The position numbers and the translations under genes were made by a program. From a virus, in the IMG/VR virus record IMGVR_UViG_3300034095_000847: a stretch of 64,000 nt of DNA, one strand, 5' to 3'. Every line of letters begins with the position of its first letter. The stretch's first letter is position 1. The notes under the pieces were generated by a model. It ran no database searches. It worked only from the letters and a program-made list of their open reading frames with translations, and had not been told where the DNA came from. Shown in pieces: positions 35,201 through 45,580 of the stretch.

Positions 35201-36480
35201 TGAATTCTTCAGAACAAATATCAAAAGCCGGTGATATTAATATTGAGTTGGTTCAAATAACCACGGCTCAGAAATTTTATCAGAATATTACTAGCCAAGT
35301 TATAGGCATACAAATATTCGAAGATATATTTTCTCCTTTTATAACTGGTACTCTTGAGATTCGGGATTCACTTGACTTAATGAATGTATTCCCATTTAAT
35401 GGAGAAGAGTTCCTTGAGCTTAAATTGACTACTCCTTCTCTTGAAAAAGGTAATATTGATGGTAGATTTTACATTTATAAAATGGCAAACCGAACTATGG
35501 TTGGAAATAGATCAACCATTTATACTCTGCATTTTATATCTACCGAAGCAATTGTTGATATTAATAAGAAGATAAGTAAGTCATTTTCGGGTAAATGTTC
35601 AGAGATTGTCAAGAAGCTTTTACAAGATGTAGATGTAGGATTACAAGTAACTAAAGAAATATTTGTAGAAGATACTAGTAATTCAACAAAGTATATTTCT
35701 AATTTTTGGTCTCCAATTAAAAATATTAATAATGTTTCTGAAACTTCGGTTAATCAACATGGTTCAGGTTCCTATTTGTTTTTTGAAAATAGATATGGAT
35801 TCAACTTTGTATCTTTAGAATCATTATATAATGCAAAAATCTTTCAACAGTTTTTATATGATAATTATGTTCGTGATAATCAATCATACGGTACTGCTAC
35901 AGTTAAAAATATAACTGAAGATTATAAACGCATTAGAAGTATCACTATTCCTACTGCATATGATTATGTAGAAAGGGCTAGAGGAGGTATGTTTGGTTCA
36001 AGATTATTTACATATGATATTACTACAAAAAGATATAATAATGTGAATTATGATATGATTGAATCTTTTGAATCGTATAACCACCTAAATAAATATCCAT
36101 TAGCATCTAATAAATCTATATATCGGCATAACTCATTTATTATGTCTATGTCAAAGTATACCGGTAACTTCAATGAATATGGGGATGTTACTAATGCTGG
36201 AGTAGTGCAGAATAGAGTATCTTCATTTGCCCAGATAGATGCAAATAAAGTAGAAATAGTTGTTCCAGGCAGATTAGATTATACAGTTGGTCTAAGAATA
36301 GAATTAAAGTTATATAAGGTTGAACCTGCAACAAAAGAAGATAATGAAAATCAAGATGAAATGTTTTCAGGTGCCTATATAATTGCGGCAGTTAATCATT
36401 ATATTAATAGAAACATGCATGAATGTACTATGGAAATAGTAAAAGAAAGTTTATTGATAGATTTGAATAGGAGCAAATAA
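35200..36480 (+). CDS. baseplate hub protein, gp27-like
   Basis: Located between gp53 and gp5; I.EDIFSP..TG...I.DS, YLFFEN..GF.F.SL, SG.Y.I..V.H. Confidence 0.6.
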   Translation: MNSSEQISKAGDINIELVQITTAQKFYQNITSQVIGIQIFEDIFSPFITGTLEIRDSLDLMNVFPFNGEEFLELKLTTPSLEKGNIDGRFYIYKMANRTMVGNRSTIYTLHFISTEAIVDINKKISKSFSGKCSEIVKKLLQDVDVGLQVTKEIFVEDTSNSTKYISNFWSPIKNINNVSETSVNQHGSGSYLFFENRYGFNFVSLESLYNAKIFQQFLYDNYVRDNQSYGTATVKNITEDYKRIRSITIPTAYDYVERARGGMFGSRLFTYDITTKRYNNVNYDMIESFESYNHLNKYPLASNKSIYRHNSFIMSMSKYTGNFNEYGDVTNAGVVQNRVSSFAQIDANKVEIVVPGRLDYTVGLRIELKLYKVEPATKEDNENQDEMFSGAYIIAAVNHYINRNMHECTMEIVKESLLIDLNRSK

Positions 36481-37154
36481 TGTTTCATCTTGGTTGTGTA
36501 GAGAATAGAATTGATCCACTTAAATTAGGTAGATGTCAAGTGCGTATTGTGGGTCTTCATACAGAAGATAAAACAGTATTACCGACTGATGATTTACCTT
36601 GGGCATATCCTATGATGCCAATTAATTCTGCTTCTATATCAGGTCTTGGTTGGTCTCCTACAGGAGTAGTACCAGGTTCTTGGGTAATTTGCGTATTTCT
36701 AGATCCAGATAATCAACAACCTATAATGCTTGGAACAATTGGCGGTATACCAAGTACTAAAACTGTATCATTTATTAATGATGCAACCAATAATGTTATT
36801 TCTGCCGATGATACAGGTGAACTTGTTGATCCTAAAGGTGATGTATTAACCGATGTGGTAGATACAATTATTGCTTCTGAAACTCCGAGTGAAACATCTG
36901 TTCAATCTGCTGGAACCAAATATGAATTAACTGCAGTAACTACTGATGGAGTTACATCATATAATATATTATCTAAATCTAATATAACTCCTATAGCAAC
37001 TGCTACTTATGATGAAACTACCGAATTATATTCTGTTATATTAAAACGACCAGAAAACTTTACAAAAGAACAATATTTACCATTTACAGATGTTAATCCT
37101 AAAACATTTGCAACTACAGATCAAATTACAACCTATTTTGATAAGAACTTTTAA
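36480..37154 (+). CDS. 5: gp5 N-terminal OB-fold part (baseplate spike)
   Basis: G.VENR.DPL.LGRCQVRI.G.H.......LPT.DLPWA, G...G.WV...F.D...QQP. Confidence 0.85.
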   Translation: MFHLGCVENRIDPLKLGRCQVRIVGLHTEDKTVLPTDDLPWAYPMMPINSASISGLGWSPTGVVPGSWVICVFLDPDNQQPIMLGTIGGIPSTKTVSFINDATNNVISADDTGELVDPKGDVLTDVVDTIIASETPSETSVQSAGTKYELTAVTTDGVTSYNILSKSNITPIATATYDETTELYSVILKRPENFTKEQYLPFTDVNPKTFATTDQITTYFDKNF

Positions 37155-37163
37155 GGATTTATA

Positions 37164-39965
37164 ATGGCAGATGCAATAGAAAAAACACCTATACCTCCAA
37201 ATCCTCCCACTAGTGCAGGAGCAACTCAAGGAGCTGTAGCAGGAATTGCGGCAATTATTGCTGCATGTGAAGAGGGTGGATTCAAATCAAAATATGCAAA
37301 ATGTGCTATGCTTGGTATTGCCGGTGTAGAAAGTAAATGGATGCATACATCTGCTGAAGATCACGTATATTCTGCTACAAGAATTAGAGTAGTATGGCCT
37401 AAGATTACACAAGAAGAAGCAGCATTATGGAATAATAAACCTGAAAAATATTCTAAACAAGAATTCTTTGGATTTATTTATGGTACTAAAATAACAGGAA
37501 ATCCCGCAAATGGTCAATATTATGGTAGAGGGTATATACAATTAACATTGCGGTGTAATTATAAAGAAATTGGTTCAAGATTGGGTATAGATTTAATAAA
37601 TCATCCAGAATTACTACAACAGTCTGCTGAAATAGGCGCAAAAGCAGTTGTAGAATATTTTAAAATGAATATCTCAGACTGGGAAAAATTACAATGGGAA
37701 CCTAGTTTCTTTGAAGTAGCTCTTGCTAAAGTTGGTGGACATAAAGGTGGTTGGCCAACTAAAAGAAAATATTATGAATACTTTTTAGGCGGTAAATCTG
37801 CTCCTGCTCCAACTAATAAAGATGCTGTATCTTCTGCTCCTACTAGAACTCAAACAGAAATAAATGCCTTACCCGCATCTAAAAGAGAAGCATACACTGA
37901 AGATAGATCTAGTAATTTCTCTAAAACTGGATTCTGTGATCCTGAAGGAAAGTATCCTTTACGGGATTTTATGAATGAACCAGATACTAATAGATTAGCA
38001 AGAGGTAATATTGAAGATACCCACGTTAAATTTAAAGATGCTACTCGCGCAAAAAATATACCATTAGCAAATGGTGGTTCATATGATCAACCCGAATCTG
38101 CATATAATACCATTTATCCATACAACAAAGTTATGGAGTCTGAATCTGGGCACGTTTTAGAATTTGATGATAGTCCTGAAGGCGAACGTATTAACTTATA
38201 CCATCGTAAAGGTACTTTCATTGAAATAGATCCTAATGGTTCCCAAGTAAATTATATAGTAGGTGATGGATATTACATTACTGAAAACAATGGTAATATA
38301 TTCATTAAAGGAACATGTAACTTAACCGTTTCAGGTCCAATGAATATACTTTGTCAAGGTGATGCAAATCTTGAAGTATGTGGTCAAGTTGACGCCGTAT
38401 TCCATAACAATGTTAATATTGGTGTAGCCCAAGATTTAAATGTTGCGGTAGGCGGCGATTATAATGTATTAGTTGAAGGTAATTATAATGTAGAAGTTGG
38501 TAAGACATCAAACCATAGAGCAATAGGTACAATGTCATTAGAATCAACAGATGCGTTAAAATTAAAAACTGCAAAATCTATTAGTTTAGAAGGTGGGGAT
38601 ACTGCCTCTACTGCCGAAACATTATTAAAAATGTCAAGTAGTATTAAACTAGAGACTGCAGCAGATTTTCAAATTAAGGCTAATACCTTTACACTTGATA
38701 TAGCAACTGCAACTAATATCAAAACAGGAACTTTTAAAACTGAAACATTAACTGGCAATATAGAATTAAAATCTGCTTCGGCTATTAATATGTTAGGTAT
38801 TGGTAACTTAAATGCTACTGCACCTAGAATTGATTTTAATCCTGATACACCCGTATCTATAACTTCTATTTCTCCATTATCTTTACTAGGTGCTCCAAAG
38901 GTTCCAGTAGATTTTAAAGGGGATGCTATTTCAGGTAGAGAAAAAGAACAAGTATTGGTTGATACGGTATTAACTCCTATGGGAGAATACAATCCTAATA
39001 CACTGCCAAAACCTGTAGTTGATTCAGTATTAAATAAAACTCCTTTATCAGCAGATTTACTTAGTTTAGTTGGTGGAACTCAACCTGACATTTATGATCC
39101 AAAATATAGTGAACCTATGGAAAGAAAAACTAGTCTTTCTACTGCAGGTGTTACTGCTGCTCATAGTTTAGTTGTGCCTCCCGCAGATTCAGCGCATCAA
39201 CAAGGTGGACCTAATTTAGTTCCTCCGGCTAGACATACTGATGGTGTATTCAAATTTGAAACAGAAGATGATTGGACTACTGCGGCAGGTCAAAAGGCTA
39301 GAGTGGGTATGGTTGGAACTTCTGATTATGAAAATAATGGTAATGAAGCAGGAACTTCAGGTGATTCATCTCCTGCTACTGGAGGTTCTGGAGCAGGAAC
39401 TCAATTATCTGCCGAAAAACTTGCCGAAATTAATAACATGACTGACTTCCCAACTAGTTATAAGTTAAGTGATAACTTTACTCTTGGCATGTTAACAAGT
39501 GCTCAAGGTAAAGTATTAAAAAGTACTACTTTACCGGATGGAACATATTCTAAACAACAATTAGTTGCTAACCTTTCGGCATTATGTGTAAACATATTAG
39601 AAAAAGTTTATGAAGAAATAGGTCCGTGCAAGCAACAGGATTCTAAAGGTATATGGAATATCAATTCTGGTTTAAGAAATGAAACAGGAGGATCCTTTCA
39701 TAATAAAGGCGAGGCATGTGATATTCAATTAACCTCACGAGATATAACCGAACATTATGAACTTGCAGTTAAATTAGAAAAGATTCTACCGTATAATCAA
39801 GTTATATTAGAATATAGAAACAAGGGTAATAGTGTTTGGATCCATTTATCTTATTCAATGAAAGGAAGCATGAAACTTTGTACTACTTATATTGATGATA
39901 AGAATGTTAATGCATCTGGTAAAAATGCCTCTGGTTCAAATGGTTTACATACCTTTTATGTATAA
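37164..39965 (+). CDS. gp5 C-terminal part: GH19-like muramidase + gp5 beta-helix + peptidase M15-like domain
   Basis: YYGRGYIQLT...NY (GH19); YPYN.V.ESESGH..EFDD.P..ERI..YHRKGTF.EI.P.G (gp5); LS.NFTL, INSG.R, S.H..GEA.D, WIHLSY (M15). Confidence 0.85.
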   Translation: MADAIEKTPIPPNPPTSAGATQGAVAGIAAIIAACEEGGFKSKYAKCAMLGIAGVESKWMHTSAEDHVYSATRIRVVWPKITQEEAALWNNKPEKYSKQEFFGFIYGTKITGNPANGQYYGRGYIQLTLRCNYKEIGSRLGIDLINHPELLQQSAEIGAKAVVEYFKMNISDWEKLQWEPSFFEVALAKVGGHKGGWPTKRKYYEYFLGGKSAPAPTNKDAVSSAPTRTQTEINALPASKREAYTEDRSSNFSKTGFCDPEGKYPLRDFMNEPDTNRLARGNIEDTHVKFKDATRAKNIPLANGGSYDQPESAYNTIYPYNKVMESESGHVLEFDDSPEGERINLYHRKGTFIEIDPNGSQVNYIVGDGYYITENNGNIFIKGTCNLTVSGPMNILCQGDANLEVCGQVDAVFHNNVNIGVAQDLNVAVGGDYNVLVEGNYNVEVGKTSNHRAIGTMSLESTDALKLKTAKSISLEGGDTASTAETLLKMSSSIKLETAADFQIKANTFTLDIATATNIKTGTFKTETLTGNIELKSASAINMLGIGNLNATAPRIDFNPDTPVSITSISPLSLLGAPKVPVDFKGDAISGREKEQVLVDTVLTPMGEYNPNTLPKPVVDSVLNKTPLSADLLSLVGGTQPDIYDPKYSEPMERKTSLSTAGVTAAHSLVVPPADSAHQQGGPNLVPPARHTDGVFKFETEDDWTTAAGQKARVGMVGTSDYENNGNEAGTSGDSSPATGGSGAGTQLSAEKLAEINNMTDFPTSYKLSDNFTLGMLTSAQGKVLKSTTLPDGTYSKQQLVANLSALCVNILEKVYEEIGPCKQQDSKGIWNINSGLRNETGGSFHNKGEACDIQLTSRDITEHYELAVKLEKILPYNQVILEYRNKGNSVWIHLSYSMKGSMKLCTTYIDDKNVNASGKNASGSNGLHTFYV

Positions 39966-39970
39966 GTAAT

Positions 39971-40342
39971 ATGGCATCTTCAGGAATAGCTAAAAAGAGT
40001 GGAAGTAGCAATATTACTTGTACTGATGGTGCTCAAGGTTCTGGGTGTGGAACAAATGTATATCACTGGGATACAGGAACTACTCAAACTTCAGATGCTG
40101 GTAGTTCAACAGTATTTGTAAATGGAATTGGTGTTGTTAGAAAGGAAGATGTCATGGCATCTCATCCAGACGGAGATCCTTGTACAGCAGCACCTATAAA
40201 TCATGCACCGGCTTTAAGTACCTATAGTAGTTCAGTATATGTTGATGGAAAAAATATTGGAAGAATAGGAGATAAATATGATTCAGATGGGCATTATGAT
40301 CATACTATTTCTACAGGTTCAACAAACGTGTTTGCAGGTTAA
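39971..40342 (+). CDS. PAAR-like spike tip (gp5.4)
   Basis: GSS.VFVNG.GVVR..D, H, SS.VYV.GK..GRIGD, I..GS.NVFAG. Confidence 0.8.
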   Translation: MASSGIAKKSGSSNITCTDGAQGSGCGTNVYHWDTGTTQTSDAGSSTVFVNGIGVVRKEDVMASHPDGDPCTAAPINHAPALSTYSSSVYVDGKNIGRIGDKYDSDGHYDHTISTGSTNVFAG

Positions 40343-40344
40343 TT

Positions 40345-40524
40345 ATGATATCAGACCAAAATTACTTTAGACCCAGAGTAGATGAAAGAGTTTATGAAGA
40401 TGCAGTTAAAAAAGCCTCTTTTCTAACAGATAACATGTATGTAAAATTAACTAGTGGTTATACATTTGAATCATTGGTTAATGATTTAATTAATAAAGAC
40501 TTAAGGGATAAACAATATCCTTGA
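40345..40524 (+). CDS. hypothetical protein (59 aa)
   Basis: Read manually; starts directly after PAAR. Confidence 0.45.
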   Translation: MISDQNYFRPRVDERVYEDAVKKASFLTDNMYVKLTSGYTFESLVNDLINKDLRDKQYP

Positions 40525-40540
40525 AAAACCTGGTATAACC

Positions 40541-40570
40541 AGTATATCACAAAAGTAAACGTTTGTAAAC
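40541..40570 (-). promoter_or_regulatory. sigma70-type promoter facing leftwards (antisense to PAAR/gp5)
   Basis: Minus strand TTTACA (40569-40564), 17 bp spacer, TGaTATACT (-10 at 40546-40541); overlaps the inverted repeat TCACAAAA...TTTTGTGA. Confidence 0.6.
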
Positions 40571-40610
40571 TGTTTTGTGAATAAATAATACATATTAATT
40601 GGAAATTAAA

Positions 40611-41003
40611 ATGTCACGGAATACTAGGCTTTTCTCAGATTTAGATTTAAACTTTACTGCTAATCCAAATACCGGTGACGTGTCTATTCGGTATGATGAA
40701 AATGCGGTAAAGGCTTCAGTAAAAAATCTAGTTTTAACACAAAACTATGAAAGACCATTTCATTCTGAACTGGGTTCTCCAGTACATAGATTATTATTTG
40801 ATTTATCAACACCTTTATTAACTTACACCTTAAAACAGGTTCTAGTAGATCTTATTATTAATCATGAACCAAGAGTAAGTTTAAATGATATTGTTGTGAC
40901 ACTTTCACCTGATAATAATTCAGTATATGTTTCTATCTACTTTACTATCTTAAATACAACAAAACCAATACAATTAGATTTGGTACTGGAAAGGACCCGA
41001 TAA
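40611..41003 (+). CDS. 25: baseplate wedge gp25
   Basis: DLDL.F..NP.TGD, AVK.SVKNLV.T..YERPF...LGS, EPRV, LERTR. Confidence 0.9.
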   Translation: MSRNTRLFSDLDLNFTANPNTGDVSIRYDENAVKASVKNLVLTQNYERPFHSELGSPVHRLLFDLSTPLLTYTLKQVLVDLIINHEPRVSLNDIVVTLSPDNNSVYVSIYFTILNTTKPIQLDLVLERTR

Positions 41004-42839
41004 ATGTCAAGTAAAAAAATAAATGTGTCTGAATTAGATTTTGATACAATTAAAACTAGTTTAAAAGAATTTTTAAAAGGTCAAGAAACATTCCAGGATT
41101 ATGATTTTGACGGATCTGGATTATCTGTATTACTTGATATTTTAGCATATAATACTCATTATAATGCTATTTACAATAACCTTTCTATTAATGAAATGTT
41201 CTTGGACTCGGCAAGAAAAAGAAATAGTATTGTTTCTTTAGCAAAAACACTAGGGTATACACCAAAGTCTGCTATTTGTTCTAGCGCAGTAATTAGTATG
41301 ACTTCTACAGGTGATAATGAATCTCCTAATCTTATTATGTTACCGGCGTATTCACCATTTTCTACATCAGTTAATAATAAATCATATACTTTTTATAATA
41401 GATCTTCATATACTGCATCAAAAAATACTAGAAATGTTTATGAATTTTCAAATATAACTTTATTTGAAGGTATTCCATTAACATACAAATATACTGTTGC
41501 AACAGGCACAAAATACATTATACCAAATGCAAATGTAGATACTAGTTCTATAATTATTAAAGTTTATAAGTCTGTTAATAGTTCAGATATTACTACGTAT
41601 ACTTTAGCAGAATCAATATTAAATGTTAATAGTACTTCACACATCTATTGGGTAAAAGAAATAGATGATGGATTATATGAATTAACTTTCGGCGATAATA
41701 ATATTGGAGTTGCTTTACATAATGGAAATATAGTTCAAATTGATTATATGGTATGTAATTTAGATGCACCAAATAATGCTAAGATTTTTACATATAATGG
41801 AAATTCATTATATTCAGGTTTTAATATACCTAATATAACTACTATCTCTTATGCGAGCAGTGGAGAATCTTCTGAAAATTTAGATTCAATTAAATTTAAT
41901 GCACCTAGAGTTTATTCAGCTCAAGATAGAGCAGTAACAGCAGATGATTATAAAGCATTAATATATTCACAATTATCTGATGTTGATTCTGTTACAGTTT
42001 GGGGTGGTGAAGATGCAACACCACCCATATATGGTAAAATATTCATTTGTGTTAAACCGCAAAGCGGTAATTTCTTAACACAACAGCAAAAAGATTACTT
42101 ATTGTATGATATCCTTAAACCTAAAAAAGTTACTACTGTTACACCTGTAATTGTAGATGCAGATTATATTAATATTGGGTTAGATGTAACTGTATATTAT
42201 AATGAATTAGAAACTACAAGATCAAGTGCACAATTACAAACAATTGTACAAAATGAAATTGAAAACTATAATCAAAATGATTTACAAAAATTTGATGGTA
42301 TTTTAAGATATTCAAAATTAAGTAAATTAATAGATAATTCTGAATCATCTATATTAAATAATATAACAACAGTAACTTTATATCGTAAGATTGCACCAAA
42401 ATATAATATTTCTGCTCAATATAGTGTAAATTTAATTACACCAATATATTATTCGGGGGTACCTGAAGATATTATTTTAAGTACAGGATTTTATCTTTCT
42501 GGTGATACAACAAAAGTGTATTATATTGTTGATGATGGAGTAGGTAATATAGTTTTATTTTACTATAACCAAAATGTACGTGTTATTACAAATCCTAAAA
42601 TAGGAACTGTAGATTATAAAAACGGTATTATTAATATATACAATCTAAATATATCAATGATTGTTGGTTCTACTTTAGAACTTTCTATTAAACCTCAATC
42701 TAATGATATAGTTTCAGCATATACTCAGATTGTTCAAATTGATCCTGCTCGAGTTAATGTAAATATAATATCCGATAAAACAATTAATGGTAACACTGCT
42801 GGTGGTACAAACTACATCTTTGCTTCGAGTAGAACATAA
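41004..42839 (+). CDS. 6: baseplate wedge gp6
   Basis: LDFD.IK..L..FL..Q..F.DYDF.GSGLS.LLD.LAYNTHY, NE.FLDSA, Q.RAVT..DY. Confidence 0.92.
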   Translation: MSSKKINVSELDFDTIKTSLKEFLKGQETFQDYDFDGSGLSVLLDILAYNTHYNAIYNNLSINEMFLDSARKRNSIVSLAKTLGYTPKSAICSSAVISMTSTGDNESPNLIMLPAYSPFSTSVNNKSYTFYNRSSYTASKNTRNVYEFSNITLFEGIPLTYKYTVATGTKYIIPNANVDTSSIIIKVYKSVNSSDITTYTLAESILNVNSTSHIYWVKEIDDGLYELTFGDNNIGVALHNGNIVQIDYMVCNLDAPNNAKIFTYNGNSLYSGFNIPNITTISYASSGESSENLDSIKFNAPRVYSAQDRAVTADDYKALIYSQLSDVDSVTVWGGEDATPPIYGKIFICVKPQSGNFLTQQQKDYLLYDILKPKKVTTVTPVIVDADYINIGLDVTVYYNELETTRSSAQLQTIVQNEIENYNQNDLQKFDGILRYSKLSKLIDNSESSILNNITTVTLYRKIAPKYNISAQYSVNLITPIYYSGVPEDIILSTGFYLSGDTTKVYYIVDDGVGNIVLFYYNQNVRVITNPKIGTVDYKNGIINIYNLNISMIVGSTLELSIKPQSNDIVSAYTQIVQIDPARVNVNIISDKTINGNTAGGTNYIFASSRT

Positions 42840-45088
42840 TGTCAGATATTAAACCAAAATTATCATCATTAGTATCTGGACAACTTCCTGAATTTATTCG
42901 GGGAGATTACCAGACATTTGTTGCATTTTTGGAAGCATATTATGAATTTCTTGAATCTAATGTAAATACAGATTATAAAAGTTTAAAAGATATTGATAAC
43001 ACATTAGATTCTTTTATTCAATATTTTAAGCATGAAATTGCAATAAATTTACCTAATCTGCCTATAGATGAAAGGTTCCTTTTACAACATATAAGAGAAT
43101 TATATCGTGCAAAGGGAACAGAAGCATCTTTCAAATTATTATTCAGAATTTTATTTAAAAAAAATGTTGTAGTAGATTATCCATATAATAGTGTTTTAAT
43201 CCCTTCAGATGGTAAATGGATTCAAGACAAATCCATATTTGTACGTATTTCAAAAGGTACTCCTGATCTTATTGTTGGTAATACGGTAGATGTTATAACA
43301 TCTACCAAAACTTTTCCAATAACAATAAAAAGTTTTAAACCAATTGATCCTACTATTAGTGGTGATACACAAATAGTAGAATTATTTTATGATAAAGATT
43401 ACTTTAATACTATATCTGAAAATAACAAAATATTTTATCAAAATGAATTTGTTGCAGATGTATTATACACAACTACTAAAATAAATGTATTCGCCGGTGG
43501 AGTAGGGTTTAAACCTGGTCAAGTATATCCTGTAAGTTCAGGTAATGGTATAGGATCTATTGTAAAAATTAAATCTGTTGATAATGTTGGAGCAGTTAAA
43601 ACAGCAGAATTTATATCTTTTGGTGTTGGTTATGAAAGTAATTTTTATGCTTATATAACTTCAGATCAAGCAAAAAAGATAACATTTACTCAATTACCAT
43701 TTGTTATAGGTTCTTCAGGTTCTGGACCAGTAGCATGGAATGCTACATTTAGAGATAATACTGAAGAATTTATAGATTATGGTGTTATTACAAGACCAAA
43801 CTATAACTTAGATATAGCAACCCCTGCTTTAGGCGCGTTATATGTTGGAGATGTTGTACAAACATTTAATAATTCAACAACATATTCAACTAGTACAATT
43901 GATTCTACAGATATTTCTGTTCTTTATATTACTATAGGAGCAGAAGCAAAATACACAGGATATTTTAAAACTAATGATGGATTTATTAGTGATAGCATTT
44001 ATATTCAAGATAGTAAATATTTTCAAAAGTTCTCATATGTTCTTAAGATAGATGAACAACTAAGTAAATATGAATCATTTGTTAAAACATTAGTTCATCC
44101 TACAGGTACCTCTCTATTTGGTGAATATTCTATAACTAATGAATTTAATTTAACAGAATCTTTACAATCAATGATAAAGTTCTCAAATCTTGTATTAGAT
44201 GACAAGATTACAATGAGTGATAGTCATTGGTTACATTTTAGCAAATTATTGAATTATGAAAATGGTAATGCTACTTATGTAACATCTTCTATAAATAATG
44301 ACTGGGTTACTAGACCTAATGGAACTAATGGTGTTCAATTTAATGTTGCGTTAGTAGGAAGAGAAGCTACTACATCTACAGGATCAGTTGGTGTTTGGTT
44401 CCAAATAGCTCAAGTTGGTAAGCAATTAACATCAACTATTGGATCATTAGATAAGAAATTTGATATTACTCCAGTGGGTATATTATTATCTGGATATGCT
44501 GGTCAACTTGACAAGAAATTTGATATTGCTAATACAGGTAGTTCTATAACATTAAGTAAAAATACAGTTTCGCCACAACAAGCAATTAATATTAATGTAA
44601 CAGGATTTTCAACTATATCTAATGTTGATACCTTCTCAAGAAGTATGATAAAGGGATTAACTGGTAATAGTTCATCTTTATCAACTGGGATAACTGTTGG
44701 CGGTCAAGCACAAGGTATAATTGGAATTTCATTAGTTACTGCATTTGGTAATGAAAGTACTTCTATGACAGAAGTTAAATCTCTTACAGGTTTAAGTACA
44801 TCAACTAGTATTGGTTCTTTTGCACCTAGTATTATTATGACAGAGCAATTAGTTACTAATTCTGCATTAACTAGTATAGGATCTGTGTCTAAATATGTTA
44901 CTATATCAGTAAGTGGATTAGGATTGACATCTGGATTTGGCACATATAGTGAAGTAATAAATACTACATTAACAGATATTGCTACACCAAGTGATAGTGG
45001 TTATGTTGCATATAATGCTTATATATTCGGTCCTGATGTATATTTCAGTGATTCTACAGAATATTTCGAAGGCAAAACAAGTTTTTAA
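42839..45088 (+). CDS. baseplate wedge gp7-like protein
   Basis: QLPEF....Y..FV.FL.AYYEF, Y.AKGT..S...LF, IQDS.Y.Q.FSYV, VHP.G; lies between gp6 and gp8. Confidence 0.65.
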   Translation: MSDIKPKLSSLVSGQLPEFIRGDYQTFVAFLEAYYEFLESNVNTDYKSLKDIDNTLDSFIQYFKHEIAINLPNLPIDERFLLQHIRELYRAKGTEASFKLLFRILFKKNVVVDYPYNSVLIPSDGKWIQDKSIFVRISKGTPDLIVGNTVDVITSTKTFPITIKSFKPIDPTISGDTQIVELFYDKDYFNTISENNKIFYQNEFVADVLYTTTKINVFAGGVGFKPGQVYPVSSGNGIGSIVKIKSVDNVGAVKTAEFISFGVGYESNFYAYITSDQAKKITFTQLPFVIGSSGSGPVAWNATFRDNTEEFIDYGVITRPNYNLDIATPALGALYVGDVVQTFNNSTTYSTSTIDSTDISVLYITIGAEAKYTGYFKTNDGFISDSIYIQDSKYFQKFSYVLKIDEQLSKYESFVKTLVHPTGTSLFGEYSITNEFNLTESLQSMIKFSNLVLDDKITMSDSHWLHFSKLLNYENGNATYVTSSINNDWVTRPNGTNGVQFNVALVGREATTSTGSVGVWFQIAQVGKQLTSTIGSLDKKFDITPVGILLSGYAGQLDKKFDIANTGSSITLSKNTVSPQQAININVTGFSTISNVDTFSRSMIKGLTGNSSSLSTGITVGGQAQGIIGISLVTAFGNESTSMTEVKSLTGLSTSTSIGSFAPSIIMTEQLVTNSALTSIGSVSKYVTISVSGLGLTSGFGTYSEVINTTLTDIATPSDSGYVAYNAYIFGPDVYFSDSTEYFEGKTSF

Positions 45089-45109
45089 TAAATTTTAGGA
45101 GTTATATAA

Positions 45110-45550
45110 ATGATTAGTGATATAGTATCAGTTAAGGGTGATCTTGAAATCACTCTATCCGATGATAAAGGAAATATCAAACAACATATGGCAATACCCA
45201 ATTTAATTGTTACAGTTGGTAAAAATCATATTGCAGCAAGAATACAAGGTACATCTCAAGGTGTAATGTCATATATGGCAATTGGTACAGTTGCAACTAC
45301 TCCTACAGTTGGTGATTTAGCACTAAATACAGAAATTGCAAGAGTAGCATTATCAACGTATACAAATACCAATAATACTGTTCAAGCAACCGCAACTTTT
45401 GGAGCAGGTGTAGGTATAGGTACTTTAAGAGAAGCAGGTTTGCTAAATGCAAGTTCAAGTGGTACAATGTTGGCTCATACAACATTTCCCGCAATAACAA
45501 AAGCAAGTAATGATACACTTTCCATTAATTGGACTATTACAATTGCTTAA
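45110..45550 (+). CDS. virion structural protein
   Basis: NLIV..G...IA, MAIG.G, L.EAGL.NA...GTM, I.K...D.L...W. Confidence 0.65.
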   Translation: MISDIVSVKGDLEITLSDDKGNIKQHMAIPNLIVTVGKNHIAARIQGTSQGVMSYMAIGTVATTPTVGDLALNTEIARVALSTYTNTNNTVQATATFGAGVGIGTLREAGLLNASSSGTMLAHTTFPAITKASNDTLSINWTITIA

Positions 45551-45580
45551 CAATAAAAATTACTCAGAAAGAGAAAAATA

